DNA from: Rebecca billardiae RCC1528
Taxonomy: Eukaryota > Protista > Haptophyta
Assembly: GCA_965240325.2 (NCBI GenBank)
Contig: OZ251224.1
Span: 4,030,001-4,094,000, forward strand
Length of the DNA: 64,000 nucleotides
Reading direction: 5' to 3'
Shown: positions 1-12,700 of the stretch, piece after piece
How positions within the stretch are numbered: position 1 is the stretch's first letter
Layout: each line of letters opens with the position of its first letter
Translations under genes and position numbers: made by a program
The notes under the pieces: generated by a model
What the model saw: the letters and a program-made list of their open reading frames with translations, nothing else
Database searches by the model: none
Told to the model about the DNA's origin: nothing

Positions 1-504
1 TGAGAGCGGTGCCCGTATAATCATGACCGCTCCTCGGCCCGGCGAATCGGGTTATCGGCAGGGCCGCCTGTCACTGCGTCATCTGGAATGTCAGAACTCA
101 GATCGGCTCACGGCCCGCGACTCGCGGGTACCCGATTACCGGAGTTACTACGTTACCGTCGCGCCCGTGCGGCATACCGGGGCTGGCGCGCGGAGCGGCC
201 GAGCGGGGCGCAGCGCCAGCCTGCGTCTTCACCGCAAAAGAGTGAAAAGTCGGGAGGCAGGCCGGCAGGTAAGCAGGGTTTAGGATCATAGCAATGGGAT
301 CCAGTCGCGTATACATGATGCCGCTGAGCTTGCTGCGCGATCTGGCCGGAGGCCGAGCCTTGAAGATCATGCTCGCCACGAGTTGGCGGGCTCATGATTC
401 ACCTACTTGCAGTCGCCAATCAAGCGGGGCAGCGGGCGCGGTACGCCGTACCGGCGCTCCGTCGAAGAGTGTGTAGCGTGCGCGGCGCCTGGCGCGGGTG
501 GCAC

Positions 505-834
505 CTAGTTGATCGCAAGGAGCTGCACCTCAAACCTGAGCGCCGCGTTGGGCGGGATGACGCCGCCCGCGCCCTGCGCGCCGTAGCCGTAGTCAGGCGT
601 CATCTCGAGGATGGCCTTCTCACCGAGGCTCATCTTCATCACGCCCTCGTCCCAGCCCTTGATGACCTGGCCCTGGCCGATGACGAACTGGAACGGGCGG
701 CCGCGCTTGTGGCTTGAGTCGAACTCCTGGCCACCGTCGACGAGGGTGCCGCGGTAGTGCATCTGCAAGCGGTCGCCAGCCTTGGGGTAGGTTTTGCCAT
801 CTCCCGCCTCAGTCGTCTGCACGCTGACACCCAT
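505..834 (-). CDS. FKBP12: FKBP-type peptidyl-prolyl cis-trans isomerase (FKBP12), 109 aa
   Basis: MGVSVQT...HYRGTL...FDSS...[19 protein letters not shown]...YGYG...[14 protein letters not shown] is the canonical FKBP12 sequence. ATG at 834, no intron. Confidence 0.97.
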   Translation of the reverse strand: MGVSVQTTEAGDGKTYPKAGDRLQMHYRGTLVDGGQEFDSSHKRGRPFQFVIGQGQVIKGWDEGVMKMSLGEKAILEMTPDYGYGAQGAGGVIPPNAALRFEVQLLAIN

Positions 835-1168
835 GGCGGCTGATGGCGAGGGGGGGCTGCGCCGTGCGGGTGGGGCCGGGATGGAGGGCGGATGCGTGCG
901 CGTGGGCGCGCGCGACCGCTGGCGCGCAGGAGGAGGCAACGACGGCGCGGCGGGAGACGAAAGCGCGGCGGCGCGCACGTCTATCCCCGAAACTCTGCAG
1001 TCTTCACGACGGCCGGCGGCATAATATCCGGGTGGATCGATCGGCGAGTCCGGTTTCGAGTCGTTGCAAGTTGTAACTGTCCGAGTTCAGACTTCAGATC
1101 GGAGTCCGGCCTTTCCGTCTTCAAACCAACCTCAGTGGTGGCGGTTGCGCGAGGGAAGGCGCCAAGGC

Positions 1169-3429
1169 ATGGCGCTCGCGCGCGCGACCGTGGACGCGCG
1201 GGCGCGTCAGGTGATGGCCTCGACCTACTTCATCCTGAGCGAGAATGGTCCCCTCTCCTTCACCGTCCGATCCGCGGAGTCTGAGGAGAAACACCGCGTC
1301 TCCATCGGGGAGGCGCACAAGTGCACGTGTCCGACCGCGACGCACGGCCCGTCCGAGCCGTGCGAGCACGTGCTCTTCGTGCTGCTCAAGGTGTTCCGTG
1401 TGCCGGTGCGTGCGACTCGAAGCATGCCGCGTCGTCCATCCGCTGGCTGCGACCCTGCTGCGCTGCGCGCCCACACACACGCTCAGCCCTGCTGACCTGC
1501 GCCCCTTCCCCAACACGGCCGCGACAACAGCCGACAAACCCGGTGTTGCACGCGATGGGGATCCGCGAGGCGCAGCTCGAGGAGGTCATGCGCGGCCGCG
1601 TCAAGCGCGGCGGGCGCTCGCGCGCGCCACGCGCGCACGGCGCGGACGGCGAGGGCGCTCACGGCGCGGCGCCGGCGCACGGCGCGGCGTCGAGCGCTGC
1701 GGACGCACCGCCGCCGGGCGGGGTGACTCGGCGCGTGCCGACGGCGGACGACTCATGCCCGATCTGCATGGAGTCGCTCGACTCGGGCGGCTCGCTCGTG
1801 TGGTGCCGCGAGGGCTGCGGCAACAACGTGCACCGTCACTGCATGCTCGTGTGGTCCAAGCACCGCGCGACGGCCGAGCGCGCGGGCGCGGCCGCGGGCG
1901 GCGGGCTCTCGTGCCCGATGTGCCGCGCGACGTGGGGCGAGATCGGGCTGCCCGAGCGCGACGCGCACCCGAGGCAGACCGCAGCGCAGCGGCGCGAGCA
2001 GCGGCTGCGCGAGCTCGCCGAGGACGAGGACACCCCGCACCACGTGGGCGCGAGCTGCTCCGCGTGTCGCGCCACGCCCATCGTCGGCATGCGATTTCGG
2101 TGCGTGGTCTGCGAGGGCTACGGGCTGTGCTCGCGCTGCTACGCGCACACGGCGACGCACGACCAGCACTCGTTCGAGATGCTGGGGCGGCCGGGCCAGC
2201 GCTGGGTGCCCGCCGACCGCGAGACGCACCAGGCGGCGGCTGCGGCGGCACTCGCCGCGCTCGCCGGGCCAGGCCTGCCGGCCGCGGACGGCGCGGGCGC
2301 AGACGGCACCGCGCTTGGCCCTGCCGCGGGTGCGCCGCCTGGCGTCCCGGCGCTTGGCCTGGACGGTGGCGGCACGATGCACGCGCAGATTGCTCGCATG
2401 CCACGCGTGCAGATGCCCACCGAGTCAGCGACCGCCGCCGTGGGCGCGGCGGCGGCGCCAGCCTCCGAGGACGGCGGTGGCGCGGCCGCGAGGGCGGGCG
2501 GGCGCGCGAGTCCCGAGGCGGGTGGGGACGGCGCGGCGCCGAGCGGCTCTGTGGCGCGCTGTGCGCATTGCCTGCGGCGCGCGCGCAAGCAGCAGTGGTT
2601 CAAGCAGCTCCCGTGCGCGCACTGCGTGCACGAGGCCTGCGTGCCGGACTGGCTCAGCGCTCACCGCGGCCTCTGCCCGACCTGCGGCGCCGCCGCGCTC
2701 ACCGCTGCGGTGATGAGCGCGCTGCCGCCCGCGCGTGGCTCCGCCAGCGCGGCGCCAGGCGGCGCGGCCGTGGCGGGCGGCGGCGCTGCGCCGAGCATCG
2801 CGCTGGCGGACGGCGCGCTCGGCCTGGCTGACCACGCGCCGCCGTTCGGCCCGCATGCGCCGCCGCACGCGGTGGCGGGCCGGCGGCGCCCTGCCGCCCT
2901 CGGACGCTCGGCGAGCGTCGGACGGCGCGCGCCTGCGGCAGGCTCGGCCACCGCGCGCTCGCACGTGCCGGGGCCGGGCGCGGGAGTGGACCTCGGTGTG
3001 ACCGGCTGCTCCCTCGGCGGCGGCGGTGGCGGCGGCGGCTCGCTCGGCCCCGGCGGCTCGCTCGGCGTGTGTGCTCCACACCTGGGGCTGAGCGCGGGGC
3101 GATGCGCCGGGGGCGCGCCCGCTCGCGGCCGCTCGCACTCGGCGCCATTCCTCGCAGCGCCCGGTGGCGCACCGCCGCCGGGCGCGGGGCGCAAACCGAT
3201 GGCGCGCGGAGCAGCACCCGCGCTGGGCGTGGGCGCGCACGCCGGCCACGTTGTTGAGGCGCGCGCGGCTGGCGCACCTCCGCCCGCGGGCCGAGTGCGC
3301 CCGCCCGCGGGGCCGAGCAGGCCGGCGCGCGCACGGCAGGCGGCCGCTGCCGCTGCGCGCGCGCACGGCGCGGGCGCGGGCGGCGCAATGTCGGGCATGG
3401 GCATCACTGCGCTCAGCGCGCATCTCTAA
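1169..3429 (+). CDS. ZSWIM2: ZSWIM2/MEX-like E3 ubiquitin ligase (SWIM + RING + ZZ + RING); intron 1406-1530
   Basis: SWIM motif CTC...CEH, RING CPICME...CGNNVHRHC...CPMC, ZZ CSAC...RFRCVVC...LCSRC, second RING CAHC...LPCAHCVHEAC...CPTC. A GT..AG intron joins VFRVP to PTNP in frame. Confidence 0.85.
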
Positions 3430-3829
3430 GGTCGTCCGAGGTCTGCCGGCGGTGGCCTGCCAGCACGATGTATACGACTAGATAGCTGTATGTCATAAGA
3501 AGGACCAGCCTGGACCGTATAGCCGCGGCAGCCGCGCGCCGGACCTGATTCCTGAAGGCCAATAATTATATATATGTTTATTCTATTTTTAATAAACTGA
3601 ATGATGATGACGATGATCGATCGATAAAGCCTTCAGTTTTTTGAAGGGCGGCCCCCCATAATGCGGATGATAATACTCGTAGGGGCCGCGGACCGCGGCG
3701 GACACGCCTCACTCGCCTGCCCAGGCCGGGCCGCCGGTCGGCTGGACACCGGCGGGCCCTGCCCCTGGGCCGCGGGGCGCCACTCGCCAGCGGCAGCCCA
3801 GCGACTGAGCCAGGCTCGAGGCGGAACGG

Positions 3830-5116
3830 TCAAGTTACCAATCGGTGCACCGCACCGAACGGCGAACGGCCCCGCCAATGACTAAGTTTCCGATGCATGC
3901 CCATCTCGGAGGCCGAGGTGGCATTGGCCACCGATTGGCCCGGTGATGGTGGTGGAACCCGCCGGCCAGCATCGCCGCTGCTCGCCTTGCCACTCGGCGC
4001 CATCGGCGGCTTCGTGCCCTGTGCCGGCGTCCCTGCCGTCGTTGTGTGGCGACCGCGATCAAAGTGGTAACAGTCCTCGAGCAGCCGCTGTTGCAAAGAC
4101 GCAGCCCCTCCATCGTCGTGTGCGACAGACGACATGTTCACGTGGCCCCAGAGCCCGTGCCGGCGCTGGAGCCAGGCGATGCCCAGCTGGTATACGAGGT
4201 CAAGGTGCGGCACGCGCTTTCCCCCACGGCACTGCACACGCCGGCCGTTGATGGTGTGCACTCTCGCCGCCGGGGTGAAGCGCGGCGCTGGGGTTCCCAC
4301 CAGCCATCGCCGCACGCCGCCCAGAGCCAGCTCCGAGGCGAGGAGCAGGTCGTCGCTCGCGCGCAGGTAGCTGGGCGCTTCCCGCACCAGGGCAGAGAGG
4401 CGCGAGGCATTCACGTCCCCGCGGCGCATGGCGATGCCTGAGAAGCCCTGCAGAACGTCCGCCCGGCGGGCGCAGCCTCGCCTGAGGCCGTAGGCGAAGA
4501 CTGCCGCCGCCCCTGCGCCACGAGAGGGCGCCGTGCATGCCGGGAGGACCTGGTCGTCGCAGGAGCGGTTGGCGCTCCCTCGACAGACGCGGTGCGCTGG
4601 CACGCCTCGTTCCACGAAGAGCGCACCCGAGCCCCCAACCGCGTGCCCGGTACCAAGTTGACCGAGCGCGGCGACCAGGGTTGCGACGAAGTTGATGGGG
4701 TACGCAGTGTCGTCATCAAGGATGACCACGATCGTGTCAGCCGCCTGCTCGAGGTCCAGCGTGACGAGGTACTTGCACGCGGGACCGACGTCCTCGCTCA
4801 CGTTCACCCTGTGGAGGTGTGCGCGGCCCGCCCCAGCCCTCACGGCGGAGAGCAGCTGCACAGACGGCTCAGGTGGCGCGGAGAGGCCTAGCCAGTAGAT
4901 CCCGCCGAGGGTCACGTGGATGGCGTCGAGCGCCGGCTCCTGTCCTAGGAGGCTAGCGATGGACTCCGTAGGGTCGCGCCCCGGGATGGTGCCCATGGTG
5001 GCGACGACTCGAGGCGAGGCGACATTGAGCTGAATCAGCAGCAAGCTGAGACTGAAGGAGATGGCCGCAATCGAGCGGGCGCCCATCCGCGTGGGCAGGC
5101 TCCTAGGGGACGCCAT
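3830..5116 (-). CDS. Putative GT-A fold glycosyltransferase with N-terminal signal/anchor
   Basis: Hydrophobic N-terminus, then RVVATMGTIPGR, DVGPACKYL and IVVILDDDTAYP (DxD-type motif). Intronless 428-aa ORF. Confidence 0.7.
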   Translation of the reverse strand: MASPRSLPTRMGARSIAAISFSLSLLLIQLNVASPRVVATMGTIPGRDPTESIASLLGQEPALDAIHVTLGGIYWLGLSAPPEPSVQLLSAVRAGAGRAHLHRVNVSEDVGPACKYLVTLDLEQAADTIVVILDDDTAYPINFVATLVAALGQLGTGHAVGGSGALFVERGVPAHRVCRGSANRSCDDQVLPACTAPSRGAGAAAVFAYGLRRGCARRADVLQGFSGIAMRRGDVNASRLSALVREAPSYLRASDDLLLASELALGGVRRWLVGTPAPRFTPAARVHTINGRRVQCRGGKRVPHLDLVYQLGIAWLQRRHGLWGHVNMSSVAHDDGGAASLQQRLLEDCYHFDRGRHTTTAGTPAQGTKPPMAPSGKASSGDAGRRVPPPSPGQSVANATSASEMGMHRKLSHWRGRSPFGAVHRLVT

Positions 5117-5403
5117 GACGCGGAGTGCCAGTCGCGAGACGGCCTCGTCGAATCACCGCGCTCCTGACCATCGGTAAACCGTGAATGGTGAAGGGAGCCC
5201 AAGCGACGGGCGACCGGGACTCGGCGACTCTCCAACTCTCAACTCGCTGCGGCGCTCCAGTCCTGACCAGCCGGAGCTCCGAGCGGCAGGGCTGGTGGGC
5301 GTGGCGACTTGGCGAGCGCTGTCCAACGGTCTTTCGCGTCAAGACCTCCTCCACCCCTTGGACACTGGCGAGCGGCAACACCGTGCGCCTCCGACACGCT
5401 CAG

Positions 5404-6873
5404 ATGGACGAGACCAGCGCGGCGGTGAAGCTGCTTCGTCGCCGATCGGCGCGAGGTGACGCGCGTGCCACGTACCTTCTGGCTGATCGCTTCGCACGTG
5501 GAGACGGCGTCGCTCAGAACGAGCGCGAGGCGATGCGCCTGTTCGACATCGCCGCCGAGCGCGGGTGGGCGGAGGCTCAGCTCTTTCTTGGCGATTGTCA
5601 TGATCATGGCGCGCTTGGACTGGGCCAGGACCCCATCCAGGCCGTGCACTGGTATCGGCTGGCAGCCGAGCAGGGCCTCTCAAGGGCGCAATTTAATCTG
5701 GGCGTGTGCTGCGAGAAGGGCGAGGGCGCGCCGCCGGACTGCGCCGAGGCGGTGCGCTGGTACCGGCTTGCTGCCGAGCAAGGCGTCGCAAATGCGCAGT
5801 ACAATCTTGGCAAATGCTGCGCGAACGGTAGGGGCGTGCCGCAGGACTGGGCCGAGGCGGCGCGCTGGTACCGGCTGGCGGCTGAGCAGGGCGATGCGGA
5901 TGCGCAGTGCAACCTGGGCATTTGCTGCGACAAGGGCGAGGGCGTGCCGCGGGACCGGGCCGAGGCGATGCGCTGGTTCCGGCTGGCGGCCGAGCAGGGC
6001 CACGCGGATGCGCAGTGCAATCTGAGCTTGTGCTGCACCGATGGCGAGGGCGTGCCGCAGGCCATGGTCCAGGTGGCGCGCCGGAGTCGGAAGGTGGCTG
6101 AGCAGGGCAACCCACAGGCGCAGTACAATATGGGCGTGTGCTGCAAGAAGGGCGAGGGCGTGCCGCAGGACTGTGCCGAGGCGGTGCGCTGGTTTCGGCT
6201 GGCGGCAGAGCAAGGCTACGCAGATGCGCAGAACTACCTGGGCGTGTGCTGCAAGAAGGGCGAGGGCGTGCCGCAGGACGACGCCGAGGCGGCGCGCTGG
6301 TTCCGGCTGGCGGCCGAGCAGGGCAACGCCGGTGCGCAGTGCAATCTGGGCAAGTGCTACGCGGGAGGCAAGGGCGTTCCACAGGACTGGGCCGAGACGG
6401 TGCGCTGGTGTCGGCTGGCCGCCAAGCAGGGCGACGCAGATGCCCAGTACTTTCTGGGCATGTGCTGTGAGATTGGCCTTGTTATGCCGTGCGACTTGGC
6501 TGAGTCGTTGCGTCTCTACCGGCTGGCAGCACATGCCGGCTCACCCAACGCGCTCCACACACTCGGTTACAAGCTCCTCGCAGGCAAGGGCGTGGAGCGC
6601 GATGTGGAGGAGGGTGCGCGGATGCTGCGCCGTGCACGCGAGCTGGGCAGCACGCACTCCCTCCCAAAGATGCTCGTCGCGGAGTTTGCAGGGGATCGCG
6701 AGGTGGCATCCAAATGCTGCCTCGTGTGCGCCAAGACGGACCGTTGTGGCCTGAAGAAGTGCGACCGATGCCACGTGGCAGTATTCTGCTCGCACGACCA
6801 CCTGCGTCTGGTGTGGAAGGCGCACAAGCCGCACTGCAACGCATGGCGGCAGCAGGGACCCGCGGCTGCCTAG
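5404..6873 (+). CDS. Sel1-like repeat protein with C-terminal MYND zinc finger
   Basis: About 11 repeats of 36 aa (AQxNLGxCxxxGxGVPQDxAEAxRWxRLAAEQG). C-terminal CLVC...CDRC...FCS..H...W..HKPHC. The start could be further upstream because the frame is open from 5185. Confidence 0.9.
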   Translation: MDETSAAVKLLRRRSARGDARATYLLADRFARGDGVAQNEREAMRLFDIAAERGWAEAQLFLGDCHDHGALGLGQDPIQAVHWYRLAAEQGLSRAQFNLGVCCEKGEGAPPDCAEAVRWYRLAAEQGVANAQYNLGKCCANGRGVPQDWAEAARWYRLAAEQGDADAQCNLGICCDKGEGVPRDRAEAMRWFRLAAEQGHADAQCNLSLCCTDGEGVPQAMVQVARRSRKVAEQGNPQAQYNMGVCCKKGEGVPQDCAEAVRWFRLAAEQGYADAQNYLGVCCKKGEGVPQDDAEAARWFRLAAEQGNAGAQCNLGKCYAGGKGVPQDWAETVRWCRLAAKQGDADAQYFLGMCCEIGLVMPCDLAESLRLYRLAAHAGSPNALHTLGYKLLAGKGVERDVEEGARMLRRARELGSTHSLPKMLVAEFAGDREVASKCCLVCAKTDRCGLKKCDRCHVAVFCSHDHLRLVWKAHKPHCNAWRQQGPAAA

Positions 6874-6928
6874 GCCCTCAGCCTAGGCTGCCAGCATTAC
6901 GTACTAGTAATGGCATTAGTGGGCCAGC

Positions 6929-7155
<227 letters not shown>

Positions 7156-7901
7156 GAATGGTGAGCCATATGTCATATACGATTCGCGTAGTATAACTAT
7201 ATATACGTCTTTGTAGCTTATAAAGTTAAGCGTCAGCTTGAACTATACTACGGTATCTTTGGTGCGATAACTACACCGAAGACTGGTCGTGGCAGCTTAA
7301 TTGTCGTCAGAAGATATAACTATGGCTCAATTACAACCAGAGTTCACAGTCACACACCACTACGCGTCGTGCCCGGACTGCGGTTGCACGCCGCAGATGA
7401 CTCACCGTGGATTCTTGCCTCTTGGAGTCAGGAGTGCGGCGGCACTGGCGCCGCCGCAAGGAAACGCGCATATCAGCAGGCGGCTCAGCAGTCGCAGCTG
7501 CATCACATTCCACCCAACCCACCCTACACAGTACACTGTACACAAGTAACTCACAGTAAGTAAACAGGGAAGCAGCAGTGCAGTCATATCGTCTACTCAT
7601 CGTAGGACGTGTTGTCCCCACCTGAGTTAAGGCAGACAAGGCATAGGGTCCGTGCTCATAGCCACTATTCAGTATTCACTCAGCCGATAATACACGGATG
7701 TCGGATCAGCAGCTGGATATGTAGTTGCTGATTCTGACAGCCACGTCACTAGCGCGCTGTTGAGGCCCATTTGAGATGGGCGGCGCAGCTGACTCAGGCG
7801 GGGATCTGGTTGACCCAGATCCTCTGATTAGTGTGCAGTGTTGGATGGTGTCAATCACGCCTCGGCCTACTGTGGCGTGGCCCGTCTGCCCGGCCTCTAC
7901 A

Positions 7902-8043
7902 GTTTATTTGTTTTAACATGCGTAAGGCTCACGGTGGCAGGTTGCCGCGCCATCCTTCATCTCACGCTCTCCGAAGAGAGACCTGGAAACGGGTTTGAAC
8001 CCATGACCTCAGACGCGAGAGCACACTAACTACTGCGCGCGGG
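7902..8043 (-). mobile_element. Possible tRNA-derived SINE or degenerate tRNA
   Basis: The minus strand has an A-box-like GCGCAGTAGTTAG and B-box GGTTCAAACCC at tRNA-like spacing. There is no intact cloverleaf. An A-rich stretch (TTAAAACAAATAAA) lies downstream. Confidence 0.4.
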
Positions 8044-8216
8044 AAAAATACCGAAAACTCGAAATAAAGGAAAAGGAAAACGAAAGTCCACGCTGCTGAA
8101 AAAACAAATCTGCGGGCAGCACACTAACTACTGCGCGCGGGAAAAATACCGAAAACTCGAAATAAAGGAAAAGGAAAACGAAAGTCCACGCTGCTGAAAA
8201 AACAAATCTGCGGGCA
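8021..8216. repeat. Perfect 98-bp tandem duplication (8021-8118 / 8119-8216)
   Basis: GCACACTAACTACTGC...AAATCTGCGGGCA occurs twice head to tail, just upstream of the ATG at 8251. Confidence 0.95.
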
Positions 8217-8250
8217 CGACCGGGAGCAGAGAGGCCGCGACCCCCGGCCG

Positions 8251-9201
8251 ATGGCGGCCGCCGCCCTCAGCTGCCACGCCTGTGGCGCAGTAGCAGCGCA
8301 CTGCCCACGCTGCGTGTCCAAGCTGGTGGGCGCGCGTCGGGGTGCACTCGACCGCATCACCACCGAGCGCGAGGCCAGCGCGCAGCTCGTCCACGATCTC
8401 GTCAGCCGCGAGCGCCCGACCGTCGAGCTGCGCACTCGCGCGCGCGCCGCCGACGCGCGCGTGCAGGCGCTGCGCCAGCGCGCGGCGGCGGCGCGCGCCG
8501 AGCTGGAGAAGACGCGCAGGCGGATTGCATCCGAGCGCGATCAGCTCGGTGAGCGCACCGACCGCCTCGAGGCGGTGCGCGCCCGACTGCACACCGCATC
8601 GGCCAGTGCCACGTCACGCTCGGACGGGGGCGCGCCGCCGACGGCGCTGCTCGAGGCGTGCCGCGGGCTGGCGACGACGAGGCGGCGGCTGATTCGCAAG
8701 CTGCTGCGCACGTACCGCGTCACCTTGCTCGCCGACGCCGCCGACGCGCCGTTCGGAGCCGGCGCGGCGGGCGAGGCGCGCTGGAGCATCCTTGGGCTCC
8801 CTGTGCCACCTCTGACCTCGGGCGCGCTCGAGCACGCGCTCGACGTTGCGGAGGCGGCGACGGCGCTCGGGCACATCGCGCACCTGGTCTCGCTGTGCGC
8901 GCGGTACGCGTGCGTCCGCCTCCCCTTCCCCGTGCGCTTCCAGGGCTCACGCTCCGCCATCGGCGGCGCGCGCCTTCTGCCGCTCTACGCCGAGCCAGCC
9001 GCGGAGCGCGGGGGCGGCGGAGCCGGCGGCGCGCACGAGTCCGCCGTGCTCGGGCTCGCGGCGGTGGGGTTTGGCGGCGGCGGCGGCGGCGCGGCCGATG
9101 CGGCGGCGCACGCCGATGCGAAGCAGCGCATGGGCCGCGCCATCGCGATGCTCGTCGCTGACTGCCAGGCGCTCTGCATCGCATGCGGGCTCAGCAGCGG
9201 C

Positions 9202-9232
<31 letters not shown>

Positions 9233-9768
9233 CTGCGCCCTCAGCCGCGGGCGCGGGCGCATTCGACGTGCTCGCCAGCCTCGCGCGGCTCTCGACCGCG
9301 CAGACGCTCGCGTGGGAGCTGCGCTGCGCGCCGAGCACGGGCGTCACCCTCGGCGCCAGCTGCAGCTGCGCGCCCGAGTCCGAGTCCGCCGCGCTCGTCT
9401 GGGGCGCGGCCGTCGCCTCAGAGCTGGAGTCGGACGACGAGCAGCACAGCGCTGAGCACGAGCGCGCGTGGCGCGCGGAGGCGATGGCGGCGGCGAGGCG
9501 CGAGGCGCTGGAGTGGGCGATGGTCGAGCGCCCCGCGGTGCCCACGCCGGCGCAGCCCGCGGACGACATCGCGCATTGGGCGCGCGCGATGCTGGTTGAC
9601 AGCGTCGCGCCCGCAGGCGGCGCGGCCGCACGGCACGCTGTCGCACCGCCCGCGCCGCACCCTGCTCCCATCAGGCCTGGCGCGGGTGCTGAGATGCAGC
9701 CGACGTTGCCAGCAGCCACCGCAGGGGCGGCCACCGCTGCCACTGCGGCGGGCGGCGCGGCGGCGTAG
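8251..9768 (+). CDS. Atg14/UVRAG (Vps38)-like PI3K complex subunit
   Basis: N-terminal CxxC-CxxC, a long coiled coil, and ATALGHIAHLVSLCARYACVRLPFPVRFQGSRSAI, typical of the Atg14/UVRAG family. Confidence 0.8.
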
Positions 9769-12700
9769 ACACCTGCTAACGTTTGATTCGGCTGGCCCGA
9801 GCGCGCAGTGGCCGGCAGCGGCAGCCGCAGCGGCCACTCGGCTGCGCCTTGATCGCGGCCGCTGTCCTTACTCCTTACTCACCTTACTGTCCTAAGGCTA
9901 CGACGACGACATACATGATGCATGATGACATTGATGACATTATATAGTCGTCATCATTCTGAGTCCGGTAGAGCTTTACGGGCCGTGATGACACAGCGTC
10001 GTCAGTTTGAGTTACTGACGAGACGACGAATATCTGACCGTCACAGGGCTCATCAGTCATCTAACATAAACATTCACAGCCACAGCCACAGGCACAGGCT
10101 GCGCGCGATCTCGGACGACACAGACGAATGCTCGCGGATGTGCTGCCGCCCGGGCGCCGGGCCCGCCCGGGCCGGCCGGGCCCGGGGCAGCCGTGGCGGC
10201 ACTCAGGCCGTGCCCGTGGGCGCACGCCCACGGGCCGCACTCCGGGGGCGCCCACGGCAGTGCCGAGCCGGCGCTAGCAGCGAAGCCATTCCACTGGGCG
10301 CAGGAATTTCGGGTGGGGATTTTCTTTTCCGAATATGTTGGTGATGCCGTCAGAGCACCACCAACCTGGAAACCTCTGCCGCTGGCGGCTGCGCTGAAGC
10401 GCGCTGGGCGGCGCTGGAGGGGCGAGATGAGCGCCGACTGCGCGCCCTCCTGCGGTAGTTGCGTGCCCGCGAAGGCGGTGCGCGTGGTTGAGCGCGGCTG
10501 AAGAGCAGCCATTTGCGTCGTTCCACCGCTCGCCGTTCGGAATCACTGCATCCGCCGCGCCTCAGGCCATCGCGTGCGCCGCACCAACAAGGAAGTTGTG
10601 TGCATTCCTCGGCTGACTGCACGCGTGCCGCGAGCAGCGGCGTCGGCGTCCGGCACTTGGTTGCACTGGGCAATGTCCAGGTAGTTTATGCACGCGGCAT
10701 CGCTCGTCACAGTACGCTGCCTGGCATACGCACCTGCACGGGTCACACAGCCGTCAAAAGGCATGATCGAGCATCACGCAGCGGTTGGCATCGACCTATG
10801 GCGAGGGTCGTGTGAGCATGCAAAGCACTGACATGCGCCCTTCTGGATAGTGATGTAGTGAGCACATTCCCGCGTGAAAGGAGCGCGCGCCATTCAGGCA
10901 CCGGAAGCGGCGTCGGGGCTGGATGCTCACGTCTTAGGCAGGCTGATGCTGCCTTCCGGCTGCACGGGTGCGTCTATCAAGGCTGACCGTGTGTGCACGA
11001 TGCGCACCGTCAAGTTCGACACGAACGTCCAGACGTGAGCTACTGCTTGACAAGGTAGTATACACACACTCATACAAGCGCCGTGTCATCCGAGGAGGCA
11101 CATACACGCAGGCCATCATGGGCCTCGTTCAGGTATATTCTGCATCAGCACGCATGCATGCACGTACTAGCTCGGGCCAAGATTGACGTCGGAGCACGAG
11201 TCAGGGAGTTCAATGCCGGGGCAGAGCTGGACAGCGGTCACGTGTGTGGCCACTCCGCGCGAGCGCACATGCTCCGCGTCACCGCATATCAGCATGGCGT
11301 GCGCTGCAACGTCATCGTCGGGCCAGAGCGCTTGTTCGACCAATCGGCTCGTATGAATGATGCAATCAGCACACCTGAACGCAGCTGTTCGGACCCGCGC
11401 TCATGCGCGGCGGCGCAAGGTAGCGCAGTGCGTACAGCGTAGGCCTCGCCGCGCGGAAGCGCATGCTCCGTGTGTGTCTCGCCTCGCATGGCGCACGCGG
11501 GCGAGGCTGGCCGTGTGGCGGTGTGCACAGACAAGTGCTGGCCCGAGGCAAGTACAGCCGAATGCGATGCGCGGCGCGAAGCGGCGAATGGCACTTCAGC
11601 ACGACTGCCCAGCCTAGCTCGCCGGCTCTGCGCTCGCGGGATCGTCCACACGCACGGGAGCGCGGCGCCGTCGCCCGCTCGCCCGAGACGCGCGCGTCCG
11701 CCGCGCAGCGCGCGGCTGAATAAATGCAAGGCGGAAATAAAAAGCGCGCCGATTTTCTGATTTCTCCGACCCTGGGTGCCGTGTCCCCCGCCAAGGGACC
11801 GGTCCAGACCTCAGGATTTGGGAAACTCAGAAATTCAAAACCCGCCGTGTGCGCCGCGTGCGCCGCCACAGCCATCCGCCGCGAGGCGCCGCCGGCTGCC
11901 GCGCCGCCGTGGTCGTAGACGTGCACGCGGCGATGGCGCACGCCGTCGGGCAGAGGCATAGAGCCTTTCTGCGCCGCCCTGCGCCGGGCGACTCGCGTCT
12001 GCCCATCTTCTCCGCGCCTTGAGCCCGCACGGACGTGTGCGCCGCCTCTCACTTCAGCCGTGCTGTCATCCCCGCAAAGTATGCGCGCGCTGAGAGCAAC
12101 CCGAGGCGCGCATCCCAGGAATGTGTGAGCCATGTTACAGTACGGTCGTAGGCGCGCGCCATGGTGCCCAGCGGCTTCCCGCGCGTGCGTGCCTCTCTGC
12201 TGCCTCGGCAGGCAAGGCGCCCATGTCTCTGGCTGAATGCGGCGGCTTCGCAAGCTCGTGCTCGCGCGGGCCTCAAGCTGACCTTCGAGGTGCGAGGGCG
12301 CGAAGCGCTGCGCCACGCGCAAGCTACAGTAGTTCACCGCCTCGCTACCGCCCCGCTGCGTCCCATCGGAAGCTCTACTGGACATCGCGCGGCCTCGCCC
12401 TGGCGGCGGTAGGCGCGAGCGAGGTGGCGGCGGCGGCGGCGTTCAGCTGCCGGTCCGGGAGCGCGGCGCCCAGATTTCCACCCGGAAACCCACCTGGGGC
12501 CCTTGCCTGGGGCTTGCAAACCAAGCCCCCCAAAACCCCTCGCGCGGCGAAAGGCACCGTCCCTATAAATTAGGAGTCGATGCCTTCCGGGAGCTCTTTG
12601 AATACGCGTTGCGCGTGCGCGGGCACTCCCGGACAGCCGCCGCCAAGAAGGCCAGCCGCTCGCCAGCCTGCGCGCGCCCTGCTCGGTCGTCCGCCGCGGT

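Noticed and set aside
9900-11750. Short ORFs in the gene-poor stretch
   Set aside because: They have no recognisable domains or consistent coding pattern and are probably decayed TE or intergenic DNA.
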